Below are positions 1-12,660 of a DNA stretch of 64,000 nucleotides, piece by piece. The notes under the pieces were generated by a model. That model had not been told where the DNA came from and ran no database searches. It worked only from the letters and a program-made list of their open reading frames with translations. The translations under genes were made by a program, and so were the position numbers. The number at the start of each line of letters is the position of its first letter. The first letter of the stretch is position 1. Origin of the DNA: Octopus sinensis (Eukaryota); assembly GCF_006345805.1 (NCBI RefSeq), contig NC_043004.1, positions 54,436,001 to 54,500,000 on the forward strand. Direction: 5' to 3'.

Positions 1-147
1 CACAAGGTTTTTCACGATTCTGAACGGGTTGTGAGTAAAAGATTCAAGAGAGTTCAAAGCTTATTGCTCTTCGCTTGCGTCTGTTTTCTGTTTTTGATGT
101 ACATAAAATCCCCTTTCTTCCTTTATTCCTCATCGAAGATATATACA

Positions 148-180
<33 letters not shown>

Positions 181-500
181 CTGGAGGCCAATGGCTTAGT
201 AGTTAGGGAGTTGGGCGGTGGGCTGGCAGAAACGTTAGCACGTCGGGCGAAATGCGTAGCCGTATTTCGTCTATCGCTACGTTCTGAGTTCAAATTCCGC
301 CGAGGTCGACTTTGCCTTTCATCCTTTCGGGGTCGATGCGTTGTGTTCTTGCACAAAACACTTCACTTCACGTTGCTCGAATCTACTCAGTTGGCAAAAA
401 TAAGTAACCCTGCGACGGACCGGCGTCCTATCCAGTGGAGTATATATACACCACAAAATCCGGGACACCGGTCTTATGAACCTATGGCTCGGGACGGGTC
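181..500 (+). mobile_element. Chimeric tRNA-SINE: SINE-D head (181-212), SINE-A 5' part (213-346), SINE-D body with tail T3
   Basis: A-box-like TGGCTTAGTAGTTAG, then the SINE-A block (GGCAGAAACGTTAGC...GAGTTCAAATTCC...GGGGTCGAT) seen many times in the window, then TTGTGTTCTTGCACAAAACACTT...CAGTTGGCAAAAATAAGT like 21890-21945, and a tail resembling the reverse complement of 44552-44650. Confidence 0.6.
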
Positions 501-1147
501 TCTGGCCCGTTTCTTTGTTCTGCATTTATTGATCCATACCGGACTGATTTTACGTACAATGATTGTGTTGGATTTTGTAGGAATTGTTTAAAAGAGTTAA
601 GAAATGGGAATAATAAATAATAAGTTTTAAAATATTTACTTTCGTCTTTATCGTATTGTATATGCATATATCGGCATCGGTAGTTTTGCATCCATCTTTT
701 ATACTTAATGTATGTATATTTACCGTAATGTAAAGTGAGACAATGTTCATATTACAAAATTTGTAATCCTTTTCAAAACATATTAACGCTTACATTCTTT
801 TTACAATTTTGTAACAAGCAGTCACTGATGTCAATATCTGTTCACAAAAGGTAATAACTCCATCTTACAGCAACAACATTTAAGTTGAAGACGAAGTGAC
901 GGAGATAGACGAAATCATAGCTGAGTTTGAAGATAGCGAAATTGAGGCTGACGATGACGATCTGAGATTGGAGTTGACGAGATTTATATTGATAAAAGGC
1001 AAATTGGAGGTGTCCCTGTAAATAGAAAATTATTAATATACTTTTTTCTGAAACAGATAATTCGTTTGAGGTGTCTGAAATGTAAGAGAAAGAAGAATGT
1101 AACTTTTAGCTTCTCGCGACGTATATGTGTATGTAAACAGATATATA

Positions 1148-1539
1148 GGCACAGGAGTGGCTGTTTGGTAAGTAGCTTGCTTACCAACCACATGGTTCCG
1201 GGTCAAGTCCCACTGCGTGGCACCTTGGGCAAATGGCTTCTACTATAGCCTCGGGCCGATCATAGCCTTGTGAGATGATTTAGTAGACGGAAACTGAAAG
1301 AAGCCACTCATATATATGTATATGTTTGTGTGTCTGTGTTTCTCTTTCCACCATCGCTTGATAACTGATGTTGATGTGTTTACGTCCCCGTAAATTGGCA
1401 GATCGGCAAAACAGATCGATAGTGTAAATACTAAGCTTACAAAAAATAAGTTTTGAGGTCGATTTCTTCGACTACAAATGCGGTGCTCCAGCATGGCGGC
1501 ACTCAGATGACTGAAACAAATGAAAGAATAAAAGAAAAA
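1148..1539 (+). mobile_element. SINE-C (tRNA-derived head, central domain, TG tract, A-rich tail)
   Basis: GGAGTGGCTGTTTGGTAAG A-box-like and GGTCAAGTCCC B-box-like motifs; homologous copies at 63784-64000, 34131-34165, 22575-22740, 25520-25745(-), 43925-44010(-). Confidence 0.8.
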
Positions 1540-2139
1540 AATATGTGTGTATGTGTGTGTGTGTGTATACATAAAGTTTTAAAATACTCTACTATCGTAT
1601 ATACATATATGTGCGTATGTATTTACCCTTAAGGGAAATGTCTCTCTCCCTTTTATTTCTCTTCTCTCTGTCTCTTAATCCGAAAACTATCGGTGGTGGG
1701 AGCACCAACAGTCGCCAGTCAAATTTCCCACGTGTATATATACATATATATATGCAAATATCCATTTGCATAAGTAAATATATGAGTGCGTGTATGTGTG
1801 TATGTGTGTGTGTGTGTGTGTGTGTTGAAATGAAGGATTTCTCAGTAGCTTTAAGCAGGATATAAAATATAATTTGAGCGGGGATGAGGTTAATAGGAAC
1901 TTCATAGCTTCGCCATGGGTCCGGTTTCGTTAGTCAGTGATGTGGTTAGTAATGTTATTAAATATTCATCTGATGCCATCCGACGTTCCTTTAAGTTTCC
2001 CAATTGCCCGAACAATCAAAGGAGTATTCCTTGCTTTGATTGAGAGTCCTGCGGGGTCGCCTGATTACATTCTACACCATGCATTAAGCGCTTAGTCTCC
2101 TGTTCGTTATGAAAGCTACCTGGACATACATGCAGACAA

Positions 2140-2723
<584 letters not shown>

Positions 2724-2829
2724 CTAGTGGTTAGAGTCTGGCACTCATGATCTAGCGATCGCGATTTGATGGAGAGAGATATATTTACCAAAAATTAAAT
2801 TAAAATATCTTGAATACTGAAGAGTAAAT

Positions 2830-3290
2830 TTATTCAATAAAATCGCCATTGGCTTCAACCATGGCCTCCATGCGACTTCGGAATCTCCTTCAACTCTTCT
2901 GCACAGTCTCCTTGCTTTAGTTGGTGAGTGCTGTCATAGCTCCTGCCTTGAGTCCTTCTTTGGTGTTACAAGGAGTTTTGTTGGGCTCTGGTTCAACTGT
3001 GCCCCATGCATAATAATCAAGGGAGTTGCAGTCTAGGGAGTTAGGTGGCCAGATGCTAGAGGTGATGTGGTCGCAGAAATTGTCTGAAAACCATGACTGG
3101 GTTCTCCTGCTTTTGTGGCATGGTGCAGAGTCCTGTTATCAGACATAGGGTCTTCCAGCAGACACCCTCTTGGCCCAGGCACGTCCTCTAGACACTTGAT
3201 GTAGGTCTCCGTGTTGAGTCAGGGGCCGTTTGGGAAGATGAATGGAGGTATAACGCTGCCATTATTAGTGATTGACTGGATGTTTGATCA
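2830..3290 (-). pseudogene. Tc1/mariner maT-family (DD37D) transposase, C-terminal fragment
   Basis: Minus strand reads ...GRPYV*xQDSAPCHKSRRTQSWFSDNFCDHITSSIWPPNSLDCNSLDYYAW...RFRSRMEAMVEANGDFIE*; 37 residues between the second and third catalytic Asp; stops and frameshifts present. Confidence 0.8.
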
Positions 3291-3925
3291 CGATGATCCA
3301 GAGACCAAAGCCCAGTCAATGCAGTGGAAGCACCGTGACTCACCTCCTCCAAAGAAGGCATGGGTGTAGCCCTCCGCTGGCAAGGTCATGCTCACAGTCT
3401 TCTGGGACCAGGACGGAGTAGTGATGACAGATTTCTTGGCAAAGGGTACCACAATTGCAGGGGCCTGATATGCTTCACTTTTGAGGAAATTAAGAGAAGT
3501 TATCAAAATCAAGAGGCGGGGCAAGATCAGCAAAGGCATCCTCCTCCTGCAGGACAATGCTCCGGTCCACAACTCGCTTGTCGCCAGATCAGAAGCACAG
3601 GCGTATGGCTATGAACTCCTCCCCATCCCCCTACTCTCCTGACCTTGCACCCTCTGATTTTCACCTCTTTCCAGTCATGAAGTTATTTTTGAAAGGAAAG
3701 CGTTTCCCAGATGATGCAGCCTTGATTTCTGAAGTCACGTTCAGGTTGGAGGACCAAGCTGGGGTCTTCTACAAAAACGGTCTCCAGAGCTGCATCAAAC
3801 AATGGGAGAAATGCGTAACTCTGGGTGGTTCCTATGTAGAAAAAGACTAATAACTGTGCCAAGTTTGGTTGCTCTACTGCTATGGGAAGTGGGTCAGGGG
3901 CATTACTTATTGAACGCCCCTCGTA
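3291..3925 (+). mobile_element. mariner (DD34D) transposon, 3' half with right TIR
   Basis: DPETKAQSMQWKH...GKVMLTVFWDQDGVV...LLQDNAPVH...(PHPP)YSPDLAPSDFHLFP...WEKCVTLGGSYVEKD*; ends CTTATTGAACGCCCCTCG+TA (reverse complement TACGAGGGGCGTTCAATAAG, mariner-type TIR with TA target). Confidence 0.9.
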
Positions 3926-4309
3926 TATATGTATGTATATATACGTTGGTACAGTTTGGGTTTCCCTGTCTGCTCTGATCCAGGGTAATAGCATCTGCCA
4001 GGATCCTAGCAAATTAACCAGTAGTATATGTGATGACACACCATCTGGGTGCAGTGACTGTTTGTTGTTTGGGTGCACAGTAAAATCACTGAGACTGAGC
4101 TGACTCCTAGCTGTTGTCTAGAAGAAGGACACTCTAATGTAAAATCTGCGTTACATGTAATGCCTGATCATCTCACTTCGGTTTAACACTGGCTACTTAT
4201 CACTGAGACTCAGACAACATGAGTGTATATATCGATTTTTGTGTGTATGTGTGCCTGTGTATATTGCTAGGTATACATATGCATAGACTTGCGCATATAT
4301 TCTTTTCTA

Positions 4310-4696
4310 CACTAGGCACAAGGCCCAAAATTTTGGGTGAGGGTGCCAGTGGGTAATATCGAATCCAGTAAGAAACAGGTACTTAATTTATCGACCCCGA
4401 AAGGATGAAAGACAGAGTCGACCTCGGCGGAATTTGAAGTCAGAAAGTAAAGACAGAAGAAATACCTATTTCGTTACTTCCCACATGGGGCTAAACAGAG
4501 AGAGGACAAACAAGGACAGACAAACGGATTAAGTCGAGTATATCGACCCCAGTGCGTAACTCGTACTTATTTAATCGACCCCGAAAGGATGAAAGGCAAA
4601 GTCGACATCGACGGAATTTGAACGCAGAAGGTAGCGGCAGATGAAATCCTGCTAAGCATTTTGCCGGTGTGCTAACTTTTCTGCCAGCTCTTCGCC
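4310..4696 (-). mobile_element. SINE-A dimer (head + 184-bp unit + terminal unit with tail a)
   Basis: GTCGACnTCGnCGGAATTTGAA repeated at 4417 and 4601; junction GAAATACCTATTTC at 4459-4472; tRNA-like head at ~4650-4696. Confidence 0.85.
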
Positions 4697-4804
4697 TTGG
4701 ACATGTCAAACATTGTTGTATTTAATATTGTGTCCGAGAAAAAAAAAAAAAAAACCCGAGAACGTTACGTTCTTGTGGCAAATTGGAGAACACCAACTTC
4801 TCTG

Positions 4805-5120
4805 GATTAGCCCCTTGTGGGTAATAAAGAAATAGGCATTTCGTCTGCCGCTACGTTCTGAGTTCAAATTCCTCCGAGGACGACTTTGCCTTTTATCCTT
4901 TCGGGGTCGATAAATTAAGTACTAGTTACGCACTGGAGCCGATATAATCGACTTAATCCATTTGTCTGTCCTTGTTTGTCCTCTCTGTGTTTAGCTCCTT
5001 GTGAGTAGTAAAGAAATAGGTATTTCGTCTGTATTTACGTTCTAAGTTCAAATTTGCCTTTCACCTTTTCTGGGTCGATAAATTAAGTACCAGTTGTGTA
5101 CTGGGGTCGATCTAATCGAC
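4805..5120 (+). mobile_element. Headless SINE-A multimer (184-bp period)
   Basis: Junctions GAAATAGG(C/T)ATTTC at 4829 and 5013. Confidence 0.85.
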
Positions 5121-5589
5121 TGTAACAATATACAGTTTGATTTCAGATTGATGTGATTGCTATTTCTAACATCCTGTATTTTTCTACGCGCAGAAAATCT
5201 CATGTCAACTCAGTCGTGGCGACTATGACTGTTCAAGTCTTTGATGTGACTTACTAAGCTTTCTTCGTACTGGTCGGCTTGCTCACATTTGTTCGCCATT
5301 CATTATGATCAATTTCTTTCCACGTCATATTTTTACAGTATCTTTGAATTTAAGTCTAGGTTTCCCACGGTCTTTTTCCTCTAGCATAGTTAGAAGTAAA
5401 GAAGTTGTCCGTGGTGTTGTCCTATGTTGCAACCAGCATGAAGCAGAGGTTTTAGGACCGCGTTATTCAAGACGTTGAAGTGTGATTAGTGGGAGATTTG
5501 GCCACCATTTTCAGAGTACCTCTTGACAACAAAATTTACAGTGGTGAATTTGTAGCCACCGAGTGTAGAAGTTTTGGAGGACTGGTAAT

Positions 5590-6690
5590 TGTGTTGTGTA
5601 TAGTTCTAAAATGTAGATGTAATGAAAGTGTTGTTCTTGTTATCAGTGGTGGTTAATAGTAGTTGGTGGTCGGAGACGTGGTGGTAGCAGCAGCAGCATT
5701 GATTGAGTTGTTGTTGAACTTGATGGTACGGGTGGTGGTAGTGGTTTTTTCGTGGTGGTGGTGGCAGCGGTGATAGACATTGTGTTGTTGATATTGGTGA
5801 TTTTGGTGGTAGTGGTGATAGTGACAATGGTAGTGGTAGTAATATTGAAGGTGGTGACGGCAATGGTGATGGCAGTGGTCGTAGTGGCCGTGGTGGTCGT
5901 GGTGAAAGTGCTGAATGTGGTGAGTGGTGGTGGTTGTGGAGGTGTTGGAGATGATGGTGACGGCAGTGTTGGTATTAATGGTGGTAGTAATGGTGGAGAT
6001 GGTGGTGAGTGCAGATGGAGGTCTAGTGTTGGCAGTGTTGGTATTGTAATTGTATTTGATGTTGATGTTGCTGCTGTTGGTTCTTGCAGAGTTAGTGATG
6101 GTGATAGTGATGGTGGTGGTGGTGAGACGTAGGTGGCAGTAATGGTTATTGATGACGGTGGCGGCGGTGGTACTGCTGGTTGCGGAGATGATGATTGTTG
6201 TTGTTGTTGTTGTTGGTGGTGGTGGTGTTATTTGTTGTCATCGTCGTGGTGGTTGTGGCCGTGTTGGTAGTGGAGCTAGCTCCGGAAACGGTGTGGGTGG
6301 TGGAGGCGACGGCGGCGGCGGTGGTGGTGGTGGTGGTGGTGGTGGTGGTGGTGGTGGTGGTGGTGGCGATGGTGGTGGTGGTGGTGGTGGTGGTGGTGGT
6401 GGTGGTGGTATAGTGGTGGTGGTGGTGGTGGTGGTGGTGGTGGTGGTGGTGGTGGTAGTGGTGTTATTTGTTGTCATCGTCGTGGTGGTTGTGGCCGTGT
6501 TGGTGGTGGAGCCAGCTCCGGAAACGGTGGGGGCGGTGGAGGCGATGGTGGCGGTGGTGGTGGTGGTGGTGGTTGTGGTGGTGGTTGTGGTGGTGGTTGT
6601 GGTGGCGATGGTGGTGGTGGTGGTGGTGGTGGTGGTGGTGGTGGTGGTGGTGGTGATGGTGGTGGTGGTAATTGTGGCGGTGGCGGCGGC
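5590..6690. repeat. GGT/GTT-rich trinucleotide region with an internal ~236-bp tandem duplication
   Basis: GTTATTTGTTGTCATCGTCGTGGTGGTTGTGGCCGTGTTGG...GCTCCGGAAACGGTG occurs at 6227 and 6463. Confidence 0.9.
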
Positions 6691-6814
6691 GGCAGAGTTG
6701 TGCGAATTCTCCAACTGAAATAACACAAATTGCTCGGGTCGATATTTGAGTCAATTTCCTTACATTGATGTGGACAATTTAATTTAGAAATTATCATTGT
6801 CAACGTGATGACGT

Positions 6815-6860
<46 letters not shown>

Positions 6861-6955
6861 AGTGACGGTGGGGGAGGGCAAGAGCCGTGGGAGGAAAAAA
6901 GATAAGAGAAGGCGGGAGGAGTAATCAGAGAAACAAAGAGAGAGAAAGGGAGAGA

Positions 6956-6994
<39 letters not shown>

Positions 6995-7280
6995 GATTTA
7001 AACGATGGAACTCGAGTGTTAGAAAAAAAGCGTGAAGGCGAAGTGTGAATGGGAATGTGTGGGGGGCGTGTTAGTGTGTATGTGTGTGTATCTATCGAGA
7101 AAATGATGTATTGTGGAGAATGAGAGATCCTTCGTCGATTACGACGATGAACATACAGTTGTTTTGATCAATTGAATTTCTAATCGTCAAAATTCATTTC
7201 TACATTTGTATGTTCCAGAGACATTGCATCCTTGAGATATTTATCAGATTGGATCAACGTGACATGATATATAACAAGGT

Positions 7281-7359
<79 letters not shown>

Positions 7360-7500
7360 GTAGGTAGGTAAGTAGGTAGTGAGGTAGGTAGGTAGGTAGG
7401 TAGGTAGGTAGGTAGGTAGGTAGGTAGGTAGATAGGTAGGTAGATAGGTAGGTAGGTAGGTATTTAGGTAGGTAGGTAGGTAGGTAGGTAGCAAGGTAGC

Positions 7501-7536
<36 letters not shown>

Positions 7537-7569
7537 CAACCAGGCAGCCAGCCAGAGAGACAGACAGAC

Positions 7570-7638
<69 letters not shown>

Positions 7639-7644
7639 AACAGG

Positions 7645-7724
<80 letters not shown>

Positions 7725-7735
7725 GAGGGAGAGAG
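7281..7735. repeat. (GATA)n/(GGTA)n/(GACA)n compound tetranucleotide microsatellite
   Basis: Direct inspection. Confidence 0.95.
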
Positions 7736-7784
7736 AAACACAATGTGTGGAATATACAGAGAGGGAAAACGCAATTTGAGAAGA

Positions 7785-7929
7785 GCAGCAGCAGCAGAGG
7801 TGGTGGTGGTGGTGGTGGTGGCGTTGGTGGTGGTGGTGGTGGTGGTGGTGACGGCGGCGGCGGCGGCGGTGGTGGTGGTGGTGGTGGTGGTGGTGGTGGT
7901 GGTGGTGGTTGTAGTGGCGGCGGTGGTGG

Positions 7930-7960
<31 letters not shown>

Positions 7961-8045
7961 GGTGGTGGTGGTGGCGGTGGTGCTATTGGCGGTAAGGCTG
8001 TAGATATTTTCGATGTAGTGTTTGAGATGATGGTAGTGGTAGGGT
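7785..8045. repeat. (GGT)n-rich microsatellite
   Basis: Direct inspection. Confidence 0.95.
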
Positions 8046-8992
8046 GGCCGTAGTAGTGGTTGCGTTGATGCTGATGGTGGAACTTGTGGTAGAAAACACT
8101 TTTACATAATTAAATAGGAAAGAGTGTCGAAATGATCACTGCAATCAATGAACTATTAATCATACACACACACACACACACACACACGCGCGCATACACG
8201 CACGCTTACACACACACATGAATGCATGCGAACACAAATAGGCACACATAAAGTCACTTAGACTCAGGAGTTTATACATGTCTATATATGGATAGACGGG
8301 CACATATACATACACACGCACCCTTACACACATAGAACTAGAAATGAATAAGCGCAAACATTCAAAGACACATGCACATACATTGACAAATACACACACA
8401 TACATACAAAGATAGATATAAATATGAACACACTTGCAACGGTACATTCAGCCATACACGCAGATAGTCACATTCACAGATATATAATTGTGGTATTGCT
8501 TTTTCGTTCTTATAAAGTTGACTTCCGTTTTGAAATTTAAGAAATTTTATTCTTCATTAACTGTTGTTACATACATGGGCACATGCATTGTTTAAATCAA
8601 GTAACGTCAGTGACATATGATACTGTTCAAGATATAGAATTATATATTTGATAGTACAGATGAAGAAGATGGGGAAAATCTGTAGGATTTCATGCGGTAT
8701 TCGAACACCGCATCTGCTGTAATGGGTGTCCATAAAATTTTTGTCTACCAAGTTTACTAACATAGCATTGTATTGTTTTTGGCACTGTATTCATTTCGCT
8801 CAGTATTCAAATACGTTAGCTTTTACTGAGTTATATGGCTTTTGTGAAGAAAGCAACTATGGAAATTTTTGCGACATCACTATTGTAAGTAGGCTAATCA
8901 GTGAATGGAGATGTACTTGCATAGCGAGTGACTTGATCTGAGATCGTGTGCTGGAACGAAAACAATTGCAGCGTGGAAGGTGTTTATAAGCC

Positions 8993-9171
8993 ATTTAAGA
9001 AACACATAAAACCGTTAGTTTCACTTCAACATTTAAATTTAATTTGTCAAAATATTTTCGTGCTGAAGTTTTGTCAGTAAACAGGTCGCAGTCTCAAAGC
9101 GACGAAAATATTTTGACAAATTAAATTTAAATGTTGAAGTGAATCGAACGGTTTTTGTGTGTTTCTTAAAT
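8993..9171. repeat. Fold-back inverted repeat (~70-bp arms, 40-bp spacer)
   Basis: 8993-9061 is the near reverse complement of 9102-9171; the inner ~40 bp (TTCACTTCAAC...TATTTTCGT) is perfect. Confidence 0.9.
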
Positions 9172-9446
9172 CAGTGAATGATTTTCACTGAAATCCTAAA
9201 TATTTTCACATCCACTCTTCACATGTGAATACGGTTACGCTTCCTGGTTATAACTATATTTATACCTGTCATTATGGAGTAACAATCTCAGCAACAATTT
9301 TAAAATCCTGGGTTTCAATGACCCGAAACGGGGACGGTTTATTTTAAAAGTCAATGGTACAGTTAAGATTTTCGAAGACTAGTGCCATTCGAAACTAACG
9401 TCACAGACCCGAAATTTTTATTAGTTGCCAGCATCGGGTTATAACG

Positions 9447-9485
9447 ATTGGTAACACCATATTTTATCAATATGGTGTTACCAAT
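9447..9485. repeat. Perfect 17-bp hairpin
   Basis: ATTGGTAACACCATATT-ttatc-AATATGGTGTTACCAAT. Confidence 0.9.
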
Positions 9486-10589
9486 GAGGTAATATCAAAT
9501 CTATACAATACGAAATAATATATGCTAGTACTGAACTGATAGAGCATAAAATACATAGGTATCATAAAAAAAGAATTATAACAATTTAGGCACGAGGAAA
9601 AACAGAACACTACTACTTAGAATCAAACTGCATAAGACGCTTAAAAGCCCAATACTTATTTTGACATTGAGTGATCCTGGTGTCAAGCAAATAATAATAA
9701 TCGGTAAAAGAAGCTGCAATATTTGCCTCTCCAAAAAAAGACTTAAATTGAGAAATAAATTCCGCAGTGCATATAAGCATCTGGATTCTTAATAAAATTG
9801 AGGTATCATACTCAATTTCCATTTCTTTTTGTTCTATGAACATTTAAGTATCTTTCTCAACATCTCCAAACGAAATATTTTTACTGGACACGAAGCTTCT
9901 GCGTGATTATTCCTAGTCATTGCCTGAAGACAATTACTCTCTTTCGCTTTGAACTTTGGCTAACTAAACTAATTGGTAACTAATTGCTGAAGGAGATTGT
10001 TACTTTGACTTATTGCATGTCAACTCTGTAGTCTCATTTATTCCTTCATTTTTTATTATATAATATTAGCCTTTCACATCTACCCTTATTTCTACTTTTT
10101 TTCGGTAAACCATAGCTGTCATCATTTTAACTTTTCTTGATGTTTCACCTCATATAATTTTTTTTTCTTCCGGAGATATAATTATGACAGTACAGAGAAA
10201 ACAACTAAATAATGGTGGACTCGAAAATGTGAGATATCCCTTCTAAACACTTGCGCGTGACTGCAACTATTGATGCCTACCAGTCTCTTGCTTATCAAAT
10301 ATCTTTTATCACACCGACTGTCCATTGAAAATTAAGCAAGACGCAGTCGCTCACTGCATAATTTCATTTCAATAAATGTTTGTACGATCGATTATTTTAA
10401 GAAAAATTGTAAAGCACTTATTATTGTAAGTAATTATATATTTCATCCATTGAATACGTGCTTTTAAACAGTTTTTATAATAGTATACATACGGATATAG
10501 TAGTATGTATATATTAACATTTTATATACGTATTCGAATATACAAAACTATTTACAGTAATATATACATATAAAACTAATCTTAAAGCA

Positions 10590-10621
<32 letters not shown>

Positions 10622-10628
10622 ATATATA

Positions 10629-10665
<37 letters not shown>

Positions 10666-10669
<4 letters not shown>

Positions 10670-10975
10670 CGTGATCACCGTGACCGACCAGGCTGTCAGA
10701 TGTTGCTACACATCGCTGATCACAATGCGCTTCGCATTGTTTTAGCCTTCGAATGACGCCACCCCACTGGCTGAGCGAGCAGGCCAACAGAAGAAAGAGT
10801 GAGAGGAAGTTGTGGCGAAAGAGTACAGCAGAGTTCACCACCACCCCATGCCGGAGCCTCGTGGAGGGTTAGGTGTTTTCGCTCAATAAACACTTACAAT
10901 TCCCGGTCAGGGAATCGATACCACAATCCTACGACCGCGAGTCAGCTGCCCTAACGATGGGACCATTGCGCCTCC

Positions 10976-10976
<1 letters not shown>
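10666..10976 (-). mobile_element. SINE-B (tRNA-Arg-like head, OR-type) with tail T2, inside (TA)n
   Basis: Head is the reverse complement of GGAGGCGCAATGG...GACTCGCGGTCGTAGGA seen at 22011 and 25773; tail ends in a TCACGGTGA tandem; (TA)n on both sides. Confidence 0.85.
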
Positions 10977-11018
<42 letters not shown>

Positions 11019-11440
11019 AAACTTTTGAACTCTACAATCCTACTATACTACTCTTTTACTACCATCGGAGGATAAATTTATACAAATCTATATACAACCT
11101 GAAGAAAGACAGAATTACAACCCAAAACTAAATACTAAACCCAAGACTAGTTCTAAAACTAGTCCCGTGAGTACAATTCTTTTTTCTTGATCTGTATTAA
11201 ACACACCGCTCATCCTGATTGTACTAATTAGATTGTACCAATTACACTGAACTCTCACACACACAAGCCACGAATTTCCGAGTATTTCCGTGTATTCACT
11301 ATTTACCGAGTATATCGACACAAACTTTTCAACGGTGTATTCACTATTTTACATCAAGCCATCAATAACTGGTGTACATATACATATACACGCATACACA
11401 TACATACATATATATATTACACAACACTACCCCACTGAAT

Positions 11441-12660
11441 ATGGCCAATAATTTTCAAAAACGCCGCTGGGTTGAAAATGAAATTACTGCAATGATTAAC
11501 GCTTGGTTCATCCATCACAACGAAGCTAATGTTTACAGTAAAATAACAGAGATTTTAACGAAAAAATCCTTTCACAGATCTGTAAAACAGATAGAAAATA
11601 AAATAAAAGAAATTGTTAGGATATTCCCTATTTTTCACGCGCACATGGCTACACTAAAAGCCATTCTTGCCAACGAATCCAGTATACCAAATGACCAAAT
11701 TCCAACAGGTCAGGGGTCACTTCAACAGCAACAATCAACTGACCTACTTCCATTGACAACAGCACCTGATGAACCAAGTCAAGTTTCACCTTCGCTACAG
11801 CAACAAAAACAACAACAACAACACTCTAATACTACCACTAGTCAAGTTCCAATGCTGCTACAACAAAAACAACTCTCCACTACTACTACTGCCACAATAG
11901 GAAAATCACTACTACATCCACGTAAAACTATCTGCCATTACTACATTCAAGGCAGCTGCAGATTTGACCACATCCTGGCAAGCCAGAACCCACCATCATA
12001 AAATCAACAAGCTGCTTCTAACACTACTGCTACTACTGCCAGAATAGAAAAATCACTACTACAGCCAAATAAAACCCCCTGCCGTTACTATTCTAAAGGC
12101 AATTGTAGATTTGGCCCCAGCGGCACAAACAACAATGGACGCTGTGCTTTTTCCCATCCGACCTTACGTCGTAGACTTGTTATGGGCACCTGTCCATACG
12201 GGATAACAGGAAAAAATTGCCCCCACCTCCACCCCAAATACTGTCCTAAATACAGAATCTATGGTTCTGATCCTAAATACGGATGCATAAAAGGCAATGG
12301 ATGCACCTTATTCCATCCTAAACTGTGCCAAACTTCTGTCTCACAAAGGATGTGCCTGAACCCAGAATGCAACCACCACCATCTGAAGGGCACAAAACGA
12401 TCACAGAATAATATAAACAGGAACAGAGGAATCCAAGACAACAACAAGAACAAAATACAACCACGTTTCCCCTCCTACAATCAAACAACGTAGACAGAAC
12501 CATGAAAAACACCAAATAACGCCAACATGAAATATGTATCCTCTGACCAAGTGGCAAACCAAACAAGTAACTCTTTTTTACTGACATACCTAGAAAATAT
12601 GAAGGCCGACCTAAGCCAGGAGATCCAGCGAGCTATCACCAACATCTATGCAAATCACAA
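11441..12660 (+). pseudogene. LINE ORF1: N-terminal Myb/SANT-like domain, Q/T-rich linker, tandem CCCH zinc fingers, C-terminal helical segment
   Basis: Single frame from ATG 11441 with in-frame stops at 11999, 12491 and ~12503. KRRWVENEITAMINAW...VYSKITEIL...HRSVKQIENKIKEI; CRYYSKGNC-x12-CAFSH; CPYGITGKNCPHLH; C-x13-C-x5-C-x3-H; CQTSVSQRMCLNPECNHHH. Confidence 0.75.

Noticed and set aside
884-1020. Acidic reading frame (VEDEVTEIDEIIAEFEDSEIEADDDD) as exon or piggyBac N-terminus
   Set aside because: Preceded by an in-frame stop after the candidate acceptor, with no downstream transposase motifs; unsupported.
5606-6803. Poly-Gly/Val/Thr/Pro/His ORFs resembling mucins or extensins
   Set aside because: (GGT)n repeats are stop-free by construction; no splice or non-repetitive coding context.
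9613-9843. Possible hAT dimerization-domain remnant
   Set aside because: Similarity limited to a vague FW...A...S pattern with many stops.
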